Assembly: GCA_040380025.1 (NCBI GenBank) | Contig: JBEIJY010000028.1 | Coordinates: 1 to 38,380, forward strand | Direction: 5' to 3' | Length of the DNA stretch: 38,380 bases | From: Bdellovibrionales bacterium | GTDB lineage: Bacteria; Bdellovibrionota; UBA1018; CAIMNF01 | Shown: positions 17,583 through 27,033 of the stretch, piece after piece | Layout: each line of letters opens with the position of its first letter | Numbering within the stretch: the stretch's first letter is position 1 | Made by a program: the position numbers and the translations under genes | The notes under the pieces: model-generated | What the model was told of the DNA's origin: nothing | Databases searched by the model: none | What the model saw: the letters and a program-made list of their open reading frames with translations, nothing else

Positions 17583-19295
17583 ATGGAAAAACGGTCTGAT
17601 CACAGGACTGCGCTTTTGGGCACCGCGCGCGCGCTTGCGGCTTCTCCCGGCGTGTACCTCATGAAATCTCGCGAAGGGCGGATCATCTACGTCGGCAAAG
17701 CGAAAAGCCTGCGCGCCCGGGTGAGCTCGTATTTTCAGCCCGTGGTGCATGAACACCCGCGCACCGAACTCATGCTGACCGAGGTCGTCGAGTTCGAGGT
17801 CATCCATACCGAGACCGAAAACGAGGCCCTGGTGCTCGAATGCACCCTGATCAAGCGCTACAAGCCCCGCTTCAACATCCGCCTGAAGGACGACAAGCAT
17901 TACCCGTATCTATCGATCTCGTTAAAAGAAGAATTCCCTCGCATCGAGTGGACGCGCAAAGTGAACGAAGAGCGCGCGCGCTACTTCGGGCCGTTTCCTT
18001 CGAGCTTCGCCGCGCGGATCGTGATGCGCCTTCTGACCGAGGCGTTCCGGCTTCGCGATTGCGATTCGAATACCTTTTCGCACCGGTCGCGCGCCTGCAT
18101 TCTTCATCAGATGGGCAAATGCTCGGCCCCCTGTGTGGCGAAGGTCTCGCGCGAGGAGTATGCGCGGCAAATCGAGCAGGCGGTTCTCGTGCTCGAGGGA
18201 AAAAGCTCCTCGTTCGTCGAGGAGCTCCGCTCCCAGATGCTTCTTGCTTCCGACGAGGAACGCTTCGAGGACGCGGCGAGAATCCGCGATCAGATCCAGG
18301 CGGTCGAGATCGTCTCGCAGACCCAGAGCGTGGTCGATGCCGATCAGCGGCTCGATCAGGACGTATTCGCGTTTGCCGAAAAAGAAGGGATCGCCCATGG
18401 AGTGGTGCTTCAGGTGCGCGGAGGAAAGCTCCTCTCGGTCCGGCATTACGATGTGCGGAACTTCGATGGAACCATGGGACGCGACCGGATCCTTTCGGAT
18501 TTTCTGGCCCAGCATGTTCTGCTGATGGAAGAGGGCAACGAGATGATCCACGCGAAATCCCTCCTCATGCGCGAAGCTCCGGGCGAGAAGGAGCTTCTCG
18601 AACAGGCGCTTGATGTCCGGATCGAGGAGCCGGCCACCGAGGTGCAAAGACAACTCGTGCGCGTGGCCGAGACGAATGCCCGCTTCGCGGTCGAGAACGC
18701 AAAGCGCGAGAGCGCGGGCCATGGAATTGCGGCGCTCGAGGAAATCCAAGAGAAGCTCGGCTTGGACCGGCTTCCGCGTCGAATCGAGTGCTATGACATC
18801 TCGAACACCCAAGGCGAGGAATCGGTGGCTTCGCGGGTGGTGTTTGTCGACGGGGCTCCCGAGAAAACCCTCTATCGCCGCTACAAAATCAAAACCGTTC
18901 GCGGGGCCGATGACTTCGCCTCCATGCGCGAGATCTTCATCCGGCGGTTCTCGAAGATGGATCTCGACGAAGGAAACGAGAAGCCCGATCTGGTCGTGGT
19001 CGATGGCGGCAAAGGGCAGTTGAAGCAGGCCGAGACGGTGTTCGAAGATCTCGGGGTGCAGGGGGTGGGGCTTGTGGGGCTCGCCAAAGCGCGGACCGAG
19101 CGGAATTTCCAATCAAAAGAAGTCGAGAGTTCGATGGAGCGGGTTTTCATTCCGAACCGGGTGAATCCGGTTCCGCTGTATCCCCATACGCGGGCATACC
19201 GCCTGCTGACCCACATTCGGGACGAGGCACATCGCTTCGCGATCACGTTTCACAGAAGTCTCCGCGATCAGCGGAGCCTCGGCAAGAAGTCTTAG
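17583..19295 (+). CDS. uvrC: Excinuclease ABC subunit C (no C-terminal HhH domain)
   Basis: GIY-YIG PGVYLM..IIYVGKAKSLR, Cys-rich region, UVR domain FEDAARIRD, RNase H-like RIECYDISN, VDGGKGQ, IRDEAHRFAI; alternative start 17568. Confidence 0.97.
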   Translation: MEKRSDHRTALLGTARALAASPGVYLMKSREGRIIYVGKAKSLRARVSSYFQPVVHEHPRTELMLTEVVEFEVIHTETENEALVLECTLIKRYKPRFNIRLKDDKHYPYLSISLKEEFPRIEWTRKVNEERARYFGPFPSSFAARIVMRLLTEAFRLRDCDSNTFSHRSRACILHQMGKCSAPCVAKVSREEYARQIEQAVLVLEGKSSSFVEELRSQMLLASDEERFEDAARIRDQIQAVEIVSQTQSVVDADQRLDQDVFAFAEKEGIAHGVVLQVRGGKLLSVRHYDVRNFDGTMGRDRILSDFLAQHVLLMEEGNEMIHAKSLLMREAPGEKELLEQALDVRIEEPATEVQRQLVRVAETNARFAVENAKRESAGHGIAALEEIQEKLGLDRLPRRIECYDISNTQGEESVASRVVFVDGAPEKTLYRRYKIKTVRGADDFASMREIFIRRFSKMDLDEGNEKPDLVVVDGGKGQLKQAETVFEDLGVQGVGLVGLAKARTERNFQSKEVESSMERVFIPNRVNPVPLYPHTRAYRLLTHIRDEAHRFAITFHRSLRDQRSLGKKS

Positions 19296-19388
19296 GCGAG
19301 CAGGATTCTTCCGTTTCCGGCAAGCAGGTGCCGGATGAGTCTCTTTAATTGGCGCATGGCGCTAAAGTATCAACGATTGCGCCTGAAT

Positions 19389-20549
19389 TCAAGAAGAAAG
19401 AGCGGTTTCGAGATCGGAAATCAAATCAGTTGCGTCCTCGATGCCGACACTGATCCGAATCAAGGTGTCCGAGATGCCGAGCTCCTTGCGGGTTTCGGCC
19501 GGAATCGAGGCATGGGTCATGATTGCGGGGTGTTCGATCAGGGATTCGACGCCGCCCAGGCTCTCGGCCAAGGTGAAGAGGTTCGTCTTCTCGAGCACCC
19601 GGGTCGCATCGGCGAGCCCCCCGCGCACTTCAAACGAGATCATTCCGCCGAACCCGTGCATTTGCGTGCGGGCGAGGGCGTGCTGGGGATGGGACTCGAG
19701 CCCCGGGTAAATGACCTTCGAAACCTTCGGGTGGGACGACAAAAACCGCGCGATTTCGATCGCGTTCTTTTCGTGCTGGCGCATCCGCACGTGCAGGGTT
19801 TTCAGTCCCCGCATGACGAGAAAGCAATCCTGCGGCCCCGGAATCGCGCCGACCGCATTTTGCAGGAACTTCATTTCACGGTAAAGAGCATCGGAGTTCG
19901 TGACAAACACGCCGCCCACCACGTCACTGTGCCCGTTCATGTATTTGGTGACCGAATGAATGACGGCATCCGCGCCGAGGTCCAGCGGACGCTGAAAATA
20001 CGGGCTCATGAAGGTGTTGTCGACGATGCTCAGGATGCCGTGCTCGCGCGCGGCCCGGGCCAGTGCCGCGATGTCGAAGATCTTCAGCATGGGATTCGTC
20101 GGGCTCTCGATCCAGAGCATCTTCGTTTCGGGGCGGAACGCGGCCTTCACGCCGGCCACATCGCCAAGATCCATGAAGGTGAAGTCAATGCCGAAACGCC
20201 TGAGAACCTTGTCAAACAGCCGGAAGGTCCCGCCGTAAACGTCGTCACTGCAAATGACGTGATCGCCCGACTTCAGGGTATGAAGAAGGGTGTCGATCGT
20301 GGCAAGACCGGACGAGAATGCGAGCGCGTGTTTGCCGTTTTCGAGAGCCGCGACACAGGCCTGATAGGCCGTGCGGGTCGGGTTGTCGGTCCGGGCGTAC
20401 TCATAGCCCGTGTGCTTTCCCGGTGACTCCTGCGCAAAGGTGCTGGTCTGATAAATGGGCACCATGACTGCGCCAGTGCGCGGGTCGGGATCTTGTCCCG
20501 CATGAATGGCCTTCGTGCCGAAACCAAACGAATTCTGCGATTTGCTCAT
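19389..20549 (-). CDS. PLP-dependent cystathionine gamma-synthase/gamma-lyase (Cys/Met metabolism)
   Basis: PIYQTST, YEYARTDNPTR, VDNTF, HSVTKYMNGHSDV (PLP Lys), LAESLGGVESL; ATGA overlap with the gshA stop. Confidence 0.95.
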   Translation of the reverse strand: MSKSQNSFGFGTKAIHAGQDPDPRTGAVMVPIYQTSTFAQESPGKHTGYEYARTDNPTRTAYQACVAALENGKHALAFSSGLATIDTLLHTLKSGDHVICSDDVYGGTFRLFDKVLRRFGIDFTFMDLGDVAGVKAAFRPETKMLWIESPTNPMLKIFDIAALARAAREHGILSIVDNTFMSPYFQRPLDLGADAVIHSVTKYMNGHSDVVGGVFVTNSDALYREMKFLQNAVGAIPGPQDCFLVMRGLKTLHVRMRQHEKNAIEIARFLSSHPKVSKVIYPGLESHPQHALARTQMHGFGGMISFEVRGGLADATRVLEKTNLFTLAESLGGVESLIEHPAIMTHASIPAETRKELGISDTLIRISVGIEDATDLISDLETALSS

Positions 20550-21823
20550 GGCTCGTAAGCTTGCCTGATCTCCATCGCGGCGGCAAGGGCCGAAAGCTTC
20601 GCAATGACCCCGTAGGCCGCTTCGAAGGCCGGGATCTCCTCGAAATTGCGAGTTTCGAGGCAGTCGCTTAAATCCTTGAAGCAAAGTTTTTTGAAGAACA
20701 TTCCCGGGCTGTTCAGGTTGTCCATCTCGTCGCGCTCGCGATTCGCGCGAATGAATCCGCCGATCAGGCTTTCGCCCATCATGTAGATCACGGGCTCCGA
20801 GGTCGATCCGTCGGTCACCATCGCGGTTGCGATGCCCTCTTGCAGAATCACCCGGTCGATGACGCTTTTGTTCTTTCCGACGCTCATTTTGTTCCGGGTC
20901 CTGCGGTTCAGGGTGGCGAGTTCATCGGCCGAATGGATGACCATGACGCCGATTCCATAGGTACCAGAATCGTTCTTGATGAAGAGCGCGGGTTTTCGGT
21001 CGATCCCGCGCGCGCGGTATTCGCCTTCGATCGAATCGAGCATGCGTTTCGAGACCTCGGTCACGCGGTCCATGCCCGTTCCGTCCGAAAAATTCACGCC
21101 GGCGACCGACTCGCTCTCGACCCGGATGCTCCAGGGGTCGAGTCCGGCCAGGGTCGCGAACTCGCTTGCGAGCTCGTTGTAATACGAAAAATGCGTGCTT
21201 TTCTTGCGGGAATGCCAGCCGAGCTTGTGGCTCGGAAGCTTGGGTTGGCTCAACGAATCGAGCAACGCGGGATAGCCCCCCGAGAAGTCCGCATTCAGCA
21301 CGAGCCAGTCCGGGGTCCAGCCCTCATCTGTGGTCGCGAATCCGTTCTTGATCCGGAGCGGATGCTCGATCAGGGGCTTCTCGCTTGCGGTCGAAAGATG
21401 AAGCGGAGCCGGCAAATCCTCGAGCCGCAGGATGCGGGTCTCGAAGCCGGCCCGGTCCAGAATCGAAGCCAAAAAAAAGAGATTCTCGAGATAAAACCGG
21501 TTCTCGGTGTGATTCTCGGGAAGGATGCCGATTTTTTCGGGCACGGCAAGGCGTTGCGATGCCGCAAGTCTCAGGATTCCGTTCCGGAAGATGGGGCCTG
21601 CGTGTTCAAGATCGATTTCACAGATGTTATTGAAACCTGCCGGGAACAGATTGCAGTCGATCGGTGCGATCTTGTCGCCCGAGTCGCGGATGTCGACCGA
21701 GCAATAGAACGGCGCCGGAAAATCTGCGAACTTCGATTCGAACCAGCGCTCAATGGCCTTGTGGTGCAGGACGACGGCTTTTGCGATTTCGTTTTTGAGG
21801 TTTTTTTGCGGGTTGGTCGGCAT
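20546..21823 (-). CDS. gshA: Glutamate-cysteine ligase (GshA, betaproteobacterial/archaeal-type family)
   Basis: IERWF..PFYCSVDIRDSGDKIAPIDCNLFPAGFNN, PENHTENRFY, GWHSRKKS, GTYGIGVM, EPVIYM, NLNSPGM. Confidence 0.92.
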   Translation of the reverse strand: MPTNPQKNLKNEIAKAVVLHHKAIERWFESKFADFPAPFYCSVDIRDSGDKIAPIDCNLFPAGFNNICEIDLEHAGPIFRNGILRLAASQRLAVPEKIGILPENHTENRFYLENLFFLASILDRAGFETRILRLEDLPAPLHLSTASEKPLIEHPLRIKNGFATTDEGWTPDWLVLNADFSGGYPALLDSLSQPKLPSHKLGWHSRKKSTHFSYYNELASEFATLAGLDPWSIRVESESVAGVNFSDGTGMDRVTEVSKRMLDSIEGEYRARGIDRKPALFIKNDSGTYGIGVMVIHSADELATLNRRTRNKMSVGKNKSVIDRVILQEGIATAMVTDGSTSEPVIYMMGESLIGGFIRANRERDEMDNLNSPGMFFKKLCFKDLSDCLETRNFEEIPAFEAAYGVIAKLSALAAAMEIRQAYEP

Positions 21824-22706
21824 GGCACTTCACCAGATCCGGTTGGATTCCTTTCGCGAGGGCGAGGGTGGCATCAAGCTCTCCCCAAATTTTTTGTTTC
21901 AAGAACGGATCGGCCCTAAGGCTCCGGAGTTCGCTCTCGAAATAATCAAACGAATCGCACCAGTCCGCGATCACCTGCGGGTCGAGCACCCGGGAGGCCT
22001 CGGGGAGCGCCGACTTGAAACACAGATTTTTCGAGCCGAAGTATTCCAGGATCTCGGGTTCTTCATGGGGCGTGTCCTTCACGAGGTGGCTCACGCGGCA
22101 CACGCGGGTCGCAAGGCTCATCCGGAAGTCCGGAATTCTCTTTTGAACCGATTCCAAGGGGTTCTTCTCGAGGAGTTCTTGCAAAAGATCGAGCTCGGCC
22201 CTTGCTTCGCGGTAGTGTTTGTCTTCGAGATGGCTCCGGAATCGAATGGAAAGGGCGAGCGCCTTTTGTTCAAGCGTGGGATTCCGCTCGAGGAGCTCGC
22301 CTGCCAGGGTGCGGGCCTTCAGGAAGTTCCGAAGCTCAAGCTCGGCCCGTGCCAGATGGGCGCGGGCGCGGTTCTCGGTCTCGGCAGGGGGGGTTCGGAG
22401 CATCAGCTCGCGGGCGAATTTTGCAAGATCGGCGAATGCGCGGGTGTCAGAGAGCGCCGAGAGCAGGCCCAAATAGGATTCTTCGATTTTGGAGTCCGAG
22501 GGATAGCGCTCGACCAGGCGCCGGAAGCTCCGGATGGCCTGCGCGTGGTTTTGGCTCTGAAGCGCTTTCGATCCCTCTTCGAACAAAAACGAGGCCTCTT
22601 CGGCCGAACGAGGGCCCGGATTCGGATTCCCCGGTGCGGCGAAGGTCGAAGAGAGCGCGATCAGAAGCGCGCCCAGACAAAAAAGAAGTGAGATGTGAGC
22701 TCTCAT
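21750..22706 (-). CDS. Exported TPR protein (BamD/CpoB-like N-terminal TPRs)
   Basis: Signal peptide; LFEEGSKAL...QAIRSFRRLVERYPSD TPR pattern; all-helical; overlaps the gshA start by 74 nt. Confidence 0.75.
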   Translation of the reverse strand: MRAHISLLFCLGALLIALSSTFAAPGNPNPGPRSAEEASFLFEEGSKALQSQNHAQAIRSFRRLVERYPSDSKIEESYLGLLSALSDTRAFADLAKFARELMLRTPPAETENRARAHLARAELELRNFLKARTLAGELLERNPTLEQKALALSIRFRSHLEDKHYREARAELDLLQELLEKNPLESVQKRIPDFRMSLATRVCRVSHLVKDTPHEEPEILEYFGSKNLCFKSALPEASRVLDPQVIADWCDSFDYFESELRSLRADPFLKQKIWGELDATLALAKGIQPDLVKCHADQPAKKPQKRNRKSRRPAPQGH

Positions 22707-22726
22707 GGTTTAGGTTCGACCCTATC

Positions 22727-24058
22727 ATGAAAGCCGAGCAAAACGCATTGATTTTCAGTACCGTTTGGCCCGAGCCGTCCTCTTCGGCGGCGGGCGTGCG
22801 GCAGATGCAGTGGATTGATCTGTTCTGCGAGCGCTTCGACCGCGTCTTCCTTGTCTCGCCTTCCCGTCCGAAGAGCAAAGCCGATTGGGGGCATGTGACG
22901 CTTCCGGATCGGGTGGAGCTGCTCGCGCTTCCCATGAATGATTGGAGTGTGTGCGATCTGCTCCGCGAGAAAAATCCGGCTCTGGTGATGTTCGATCGCT
23001 TCATCCTCGAAGAACAATTCGGCGCCATGGTGTACGAGGCCCTGCCGGATGCGGTTTGTGTTCTGGAAACGCAGGATCTGCATCTCATTCGGCGGGCTCG
23101 CGAACAGCACCGCGAGGAATGGCTCCGGTGGAGCGAGGTTCCGACCGGCTTTTACCGCACCGAGACGGCCCTGCGTGAGACGGCCACGATCGAGAGAGTC
23201 GATTTTTCGTTCGTGGTGTCGTCCTTCGAAGAGAATCTTTTGAAACACGAATTCGGAATCGGGCCCGATCGCCAGGAGTGGATTCCATTTGCTTATGCTC
23301 CGCCCGTGAAGGTCGAGGCAAGCCTAGATCGCCTGGCAAGACGCGATTTCGTCTGGATCGGGAACTTCCGGCATGCGCCGAACGCCGATGCGCTCCGGTG
23401 GACAAGGCAGGAGATCTGGCCGCGCATCCGGGCGAGGCTTCCCGAAGCGCAGTTTCATGTGTTCGGCGCGTACCCCTCGCGGGAGTTCATGGATTGGAAT
23501 CGCACGAAGAATTCGGGAATCTTCGTGCATGGAGCGGCCGAAGATCTTGATCGAGTGTTTGCGCGCGCGCGGGTGAACCTTGCGCCTTTGCGCTTTGGCG
23601 CCGGAGTGAAGGGAAAAATCCTCGAGGGTTTTCGCTACGGAGTCCCGGCGGTGACGACCCCCGTGGGGGCCGAAGGGCTTCTTCCTGAAGATGCTCCCGG
23701 CTTGGAGTTCCCGGGGGAATGTGCTCGGGATGCCGAAGGCATCGCCGAAGCGGCGATCCGGTTGCATGAGTCCGAGGAATCGTGGCTGCGGGCGCACCGA
23801 GCTTGTGTTGCTTTGATGGAGCGGGTGTATGCGGCGGATTCGGTGCGCGCGAGGATGCACGCCCGATTGGATGCGCTCTTTCGGCAAAAGAATGCGGGTG
23901 CGGTGCCGCTCTGGCGGAGTCGGATGATGAGACACGAGCTCGTGAACAGCCGGCGGTATTTTTCGAAATGGATCGGCGAGAAAGAGCGAAAAAAATCAGT
24001 CGAGAACGGGCAGGTCGGTCGTGAACCCGCGGGTTTCGACGGTGATGGAACTCGGTGA
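22727..24058 (+). CDS. GT-B (GT4-like) glycosyltransferase
   Basis: VWPEPSSSAAG, FDRFILEEQFG, ETQDLH, IGNFRHAPNADA, LAPLRFGAGVKGK, VTTPVGAEG. Confidence 0.9.
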   Translation: MKAEQNALIFSTVWPEPSSSAAGVRQMQWIDLFCERFDRVFLVSPSRPKSKADWGHVTLPDRVELLALPMNDWSVCDLLREKNPALVMFDRFILEEQFGAMVYEALPDAVCVLETQDLHLIRRAREQHREEWLRWSEVPTGFYRTETALRETATIERVDFSFVVSSFEENLLKHEFGIGPDRQEWIPFAYAPPVKVEASLDRLARRDFVWIGNFRHAPNADALRWTRQEIWPRIRARLPEAQFHVFGAYPSREFMDWNRTKNSGIFVHGAAEDLDRVFARARVNLAPLRFGAGVKGKILEGFRYGVPAVTTPVGAEGLLPEDAPGLEFPGECARDAEGIAEAAIRLHESEESWLRAHRACVALMERVYAADSVRARMHARLDALFRQKNAGAVPLWRSRMMRHELVNSRRYFSKWIGEKERKKSVENGQVGREPAGFDGDGTR

Positions 24059-24187
24059 TCGATTCGGATCGGCGCTGATGTTCTGGGTGCCAAAAATGGC
24101 AATTCCCACGATGACGGCACAGATCCCCCCCAGAGCACTAAACAAAAAGTTCTCGGCCATGTTTTCTTGAATCTGAGTGTCGTCCAT
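23996..24187 (-). CDS. Small single-TM hypothetical protein
   Basis: One TM helix (FLFSALGGICAVIVGIAIF) followed by NRSPSS; sigma28-like promoter immediately upstream. Confidence 0.6.
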   Translation of the reverse strand: MDDTQIQENMAENFLFSALGGICAVIVGIAIFGTQNISADPNRSPSSITVETRGFTTDLPVLD

Positions 24188-24198
24188 ACCCAAAGAGC

Positions 24199-24225
24199 CT
24201 ATCGGTAACAGTGTATAATACTTGA
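24199..24225 (-). promoter_or_regulatory. Sigma28 (FliA)-like promoter TCAA-N15-ACCGATAG
   Basis: Matches TAAA-N15-GCCGATAA spacing; same TCAAG -35 as the fliC promoter in this window. Confidence 0.6.
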
Positions 24226-24312
24226 TAAAAAAGGTAAAATATAAACACGAAGAAGTTTTGGGGTGTTAAATCACTGAATTCATTCTAAAATAGTTAAGTA
24301 CGGGGTGGGGGA

Positions 24313-26118
24313 ATGAATCAAAATTCTTTGAACAATCAGGGCTTTTCGCTCGTTGAGATCTTGGTCTTCATGGCCTTGGCGGGGATTGCCCTCCTTGTGT
24401 CCTCGCAGATGTTCGTGAACCAGATGCGACAGCAACGGACGGTCGAGGTCTCGTCGAACTTCGATCAGATCCGCGCCGGAGTCCAGGCGGCCGCCCGAAA
24501 TCCCGATTCGATTCACTTCAGCGCCCTGGAGTTTCCGGATCCGAACAATCTCGATCCGACCAATGCGGAGCTTCGAGCCTGCATTGAATCCCAAGGATTG
24601 AATGATCAAAATCTCGACTGTAGTCCCCATCCTCATCACGTCGCAGGACTCAGGCCGCTTCGATTGCTGAACCGGGACGGGCGTGAGGTGGGCGGGTTTT
24701 ATCGCCTCGATGGCAAAAAATGTACCGCGCAGGCAGCGGATTGTCCGTTCAAGGTGACCACGCAATTCAAGCCGATTTGTCCTGCAAGCAACGCGCTTAC
24801 CGTGAACGGCGCTTGTGCTCGAGCACAGGGAATCCAGATCGCGTGGTCGATCGAACAGGTGACTCCGGTTCCGAATCTCAAGTTTTTTAAAAAAATCGAG
24901 GCAAGTCTCGAAACGGTTTCGAGTCCGCTCTATGCGATCCCCGTGCCGGTTCAGAGCATTTTGGGCTCTGCCGCAACGGTTCAGCCTTGTCCTGCCGTGA
25001 GCCTCACTCAAACCATGCTGGTATCGGGCGGGGGCACGATCGACAACAAATATTCCGGTTTGGTCGGGACGGTGGTTCCGCAAACGGTCACCTCGTTTGA
25101 TGCGTATGGAATGCCGGTGTGCGGACTCGACATGGGCGCCCTGGACGCCGCGCTTTTGAAGCGAGAGCTGTGTCGAGCGCAGATTCAAGCTGCGTGGGCC
25201 GGATCATTGAACCCGGCGAATGAGGTGCAAGAGACGATTCCTGTTTGCGATGTGAAGATCGTGAAGAACTTTCTTCTGAATGTTCCAGCTCGGTATAGCA
25301 GGCAATGCCGTTCTGTTCCAAACTTCAGTCATTACACCCATTCAGGCACCGGTGTCACGATCGGCACAGGCACGGGCGCAAATGCCAATCTGATCAATCA
25401 GCCAGGCGGCATCGTTTCGCATCTGAATGACAGTGCTTACACTGCAGCCGAAATAAACCAGATGATCACGGACTACGGACTTCCTCCGAGCATGAACGGA
25501 CTGGTCCAGTGCGTGCAGATGAATCAGCAGTCGGTGGCCTTTGATTCTTCCGGAGCTCTTACTGTTCCGCCCGGAATCGTTTCCAATACTTTTTTTTATA
25601 AAATCGTTGGTGGAGGGGGCGGGGGGAGTGGCGGCGGTGTCGGTAATTTTCTGAATTCAAAAGCAGGTCAAGGTGGTGGGAAGGGGCAGTTTCAGCAGGA
25701 CACCATCAATGTTCCGGAAGGTCAGTGTACGATCATCATTGGAGCGGGAGGAATGGGGAGTATGAGTGGCTCCGGGCAACCCGGAGGGACGAGTACGATT
25801 TTATGTGCCGGCGGAGTTTCCATCGCCGTTGGCGGCGGGACTGGCGGGTCGTTCGGGGCTGGGTCCAGTCAGGCTTGTTCTGCAGTCGGGGCATCTGGCG
25901 GGGCTGGAATCGATTCCGACTGGCCCGGTTCAAATGACGGAGGGAGTGGTGGAGCAGTGGACGTCAATGGCGGGAATGCCACCGGATACGGGGCTGGCGG
26001 GGGCGGGGCGGGCTGTAAGGATAACGCTGTTCCATCAGGAGGGAACGGCCGGAACGGCCGTGTTGAGGTTCGTATGCTCGTTGCGACCCCGTTTTCGCCG
26101 GCCCAAGCCGGTCCCTAG
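24313..26118 (+). CDS. Type IV pilin/pseudopilin-like protein with Cys-rich middle and C-terminal glycine-rich domain
   Basis: Prepilin cleavage/methylation motif QG-FSLVEIL + hydrophobic helix; C-terminal IVGGGGGGSGG...GGGKG...IIIGAGG...GYGAGGGGAG...GGNGRNGRVEV repeats. Confidence 0.85.
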   Translation: MNQNSLNNQGFSLVEILVFMALAGIALLVSSQMFVNQMRQQRTVEVSSNFDQIRAGVQAAARNPDSIHFSALEFPDPNNLDPTNAELRACIESQGLNDQNLDCSPHPHHVAGLRPLRLLNRDGREVGGFYRLDGKKCTAQAADCPFKVTTQFKPICPASNALTVNGACARAQGIQIAWSIEQVTPVPNLKFFKKIEASLETVSSPLYAIPVPVQSILGSAATVQPCPAVSLTQTMLVSGGGTIDNKYSGLVGTVVPQTVTSFDAYGMPVCGLDMGALDAALLKRELCRAQIQAAWAGSLNPANEVQETIPVCDVKIVKNFLLNVPARYSRQCRSVPNFSHYTHSGTGVTIGTGTGANANLINQPGGIVSHLNDSAYTAAEINQMITDYGLPPSMNGLVQCVQMNQQSVAFDSSGALTVPPGIVSNTFFYKIVGGGGGGSGGGVGNFLNSKAGQGGGKGQFQQDTINVPEGQCTIIIGAGGMGSMSGSGQPGGTSTILCAGGVSIAVGGGTGGSFGAGSSQACSAVGASGGAGIDSDWPGSNDGGSGGAVDVNGGNATGYGAGGGGAGCKDNAVPSGGNGRNGRVEVRMLVATPFSPAQAGP

Positions 26119-26870
26119 GTGTTTTTAAGTGGTTTCGATATCGTCTTCGCCCGAACCTTAACCGAATGAATCGGAAGCCCGTCCTTGATGAACAAGCGCT
26201 CGAACAGCGTCACTTCCGGAATCGCGAGTTTTTTCGCATCCGGGTTTCCGGCATGAAGATCGCGGGTCATCTCGAGGATCTCGAAGGTGTCCGACAAAGA
26301 AGCCAGATTCTCGAGAATGAAATCAAAATATTCGGCGTGGTCGGTTTTCAGGTGAAACCAGCCCTTGCCCGATAGAAGCGGGGCGATCGAAAGAAGCCAC
26401 TCGCGATCCGCGGTGCGGTTCTTCTTTTGCGCCTTCTTCGGCCACGGGTCCGGAAAAAACATGTGCAAAAAATCGATCTCTCCCGGTTCGAACATGAACG
26501 GGAGCCGGTCCGCATTCGCGCGGAAGGCGAGAAGGTTCGAGACCGCGAACTTGCGCGATTTCTCGGCCAAGCGGTAAATCTGTTTGAATTTCCAATCGAT
26601 GCCGATGTAGCGCGCGGCGGGGTTTTGTTTCGCCCACTCGAGGCAAACGTGTCCCGCGTTGCAGCCGATCTCCACATGAAGAGGGGCGTCGGCATCGTCC
26701 GGCTTCCCCGAGGCGCGGAATTGCTTCCGCCAGCTCCCTCGATGAACTTCGGTATCATGATCGGTCAGGGCCAGGCCGCGAAGATCCACGGGAAGATGCT
26801 TCAACTTCTCCCAATAGGGGTTCTTCGACGGACCATACTGAAACTCAGGACTGGACACCGGGCTCGACAT
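26115..26870 (-). CDS. trmB: tRNA (guanine-N7)-methyltransferase
   Basis: HVEIGCNAG, YIGID, FFPDPWPKK, HLKTDHAEY, TLFERLF. Confidence 0.93.
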   Translation of the reverse strand: MSSPVSSPEFQYGPSKNPYWEKLKHLPVDLRGLALTDHDTEVHRGSWRKQFRASGKPDDADAPLHVEIGCNAGHVCLEWAKQNPAARYIGIDWKFKQIYRLAEKSRKFAVSNLLAFRANADRLPFMFEPGEIDFLHMFFPDPWPKKAQKKNRTADREWLLSIAPLLSGKGWFHLKTDHAEYFDFILENLASLSDTFEILEMTRDLHAGNPDAKKLAIPEVTLFERLFIKDGLPIHSVKVRAKTISKPLKNT

Positions 26871-26953
26871 AGGCAGGACGAGGTTGATAACCCGAATGAT
26901 ACCGCTTGTAAAGCCGCGTACATCCTACGCGACGGGGTATGCACCGGGAAAGG

Positions 26954-26983
26954 GCGCACACCCCGTCGTTTCGGAGTGTGCGT
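26954..26983 (-). terminator. Stem-loop downstream of fliC (probable terminator)
   Basis: Minus strand ACGCACACTCCG-AAACGA-CGGGGTGTGCGC followed by CCTTT; weak U-tract. Confidence 0.55.
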
Positions 26984-27033
26984 ATCATTGAGTCATCCGG
27001 ACTCAATCCTTATGATGTCGTGTGCCCGGTGTT

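Noticed and set aside
25600..26060. Tandem DNA repeats or diversity-generating variable region in the Gly-rich pilin tail
   Set aside because: Repetition is at the amino-acid level with varied codons; no template repeat or reverse transcriptase in the window.
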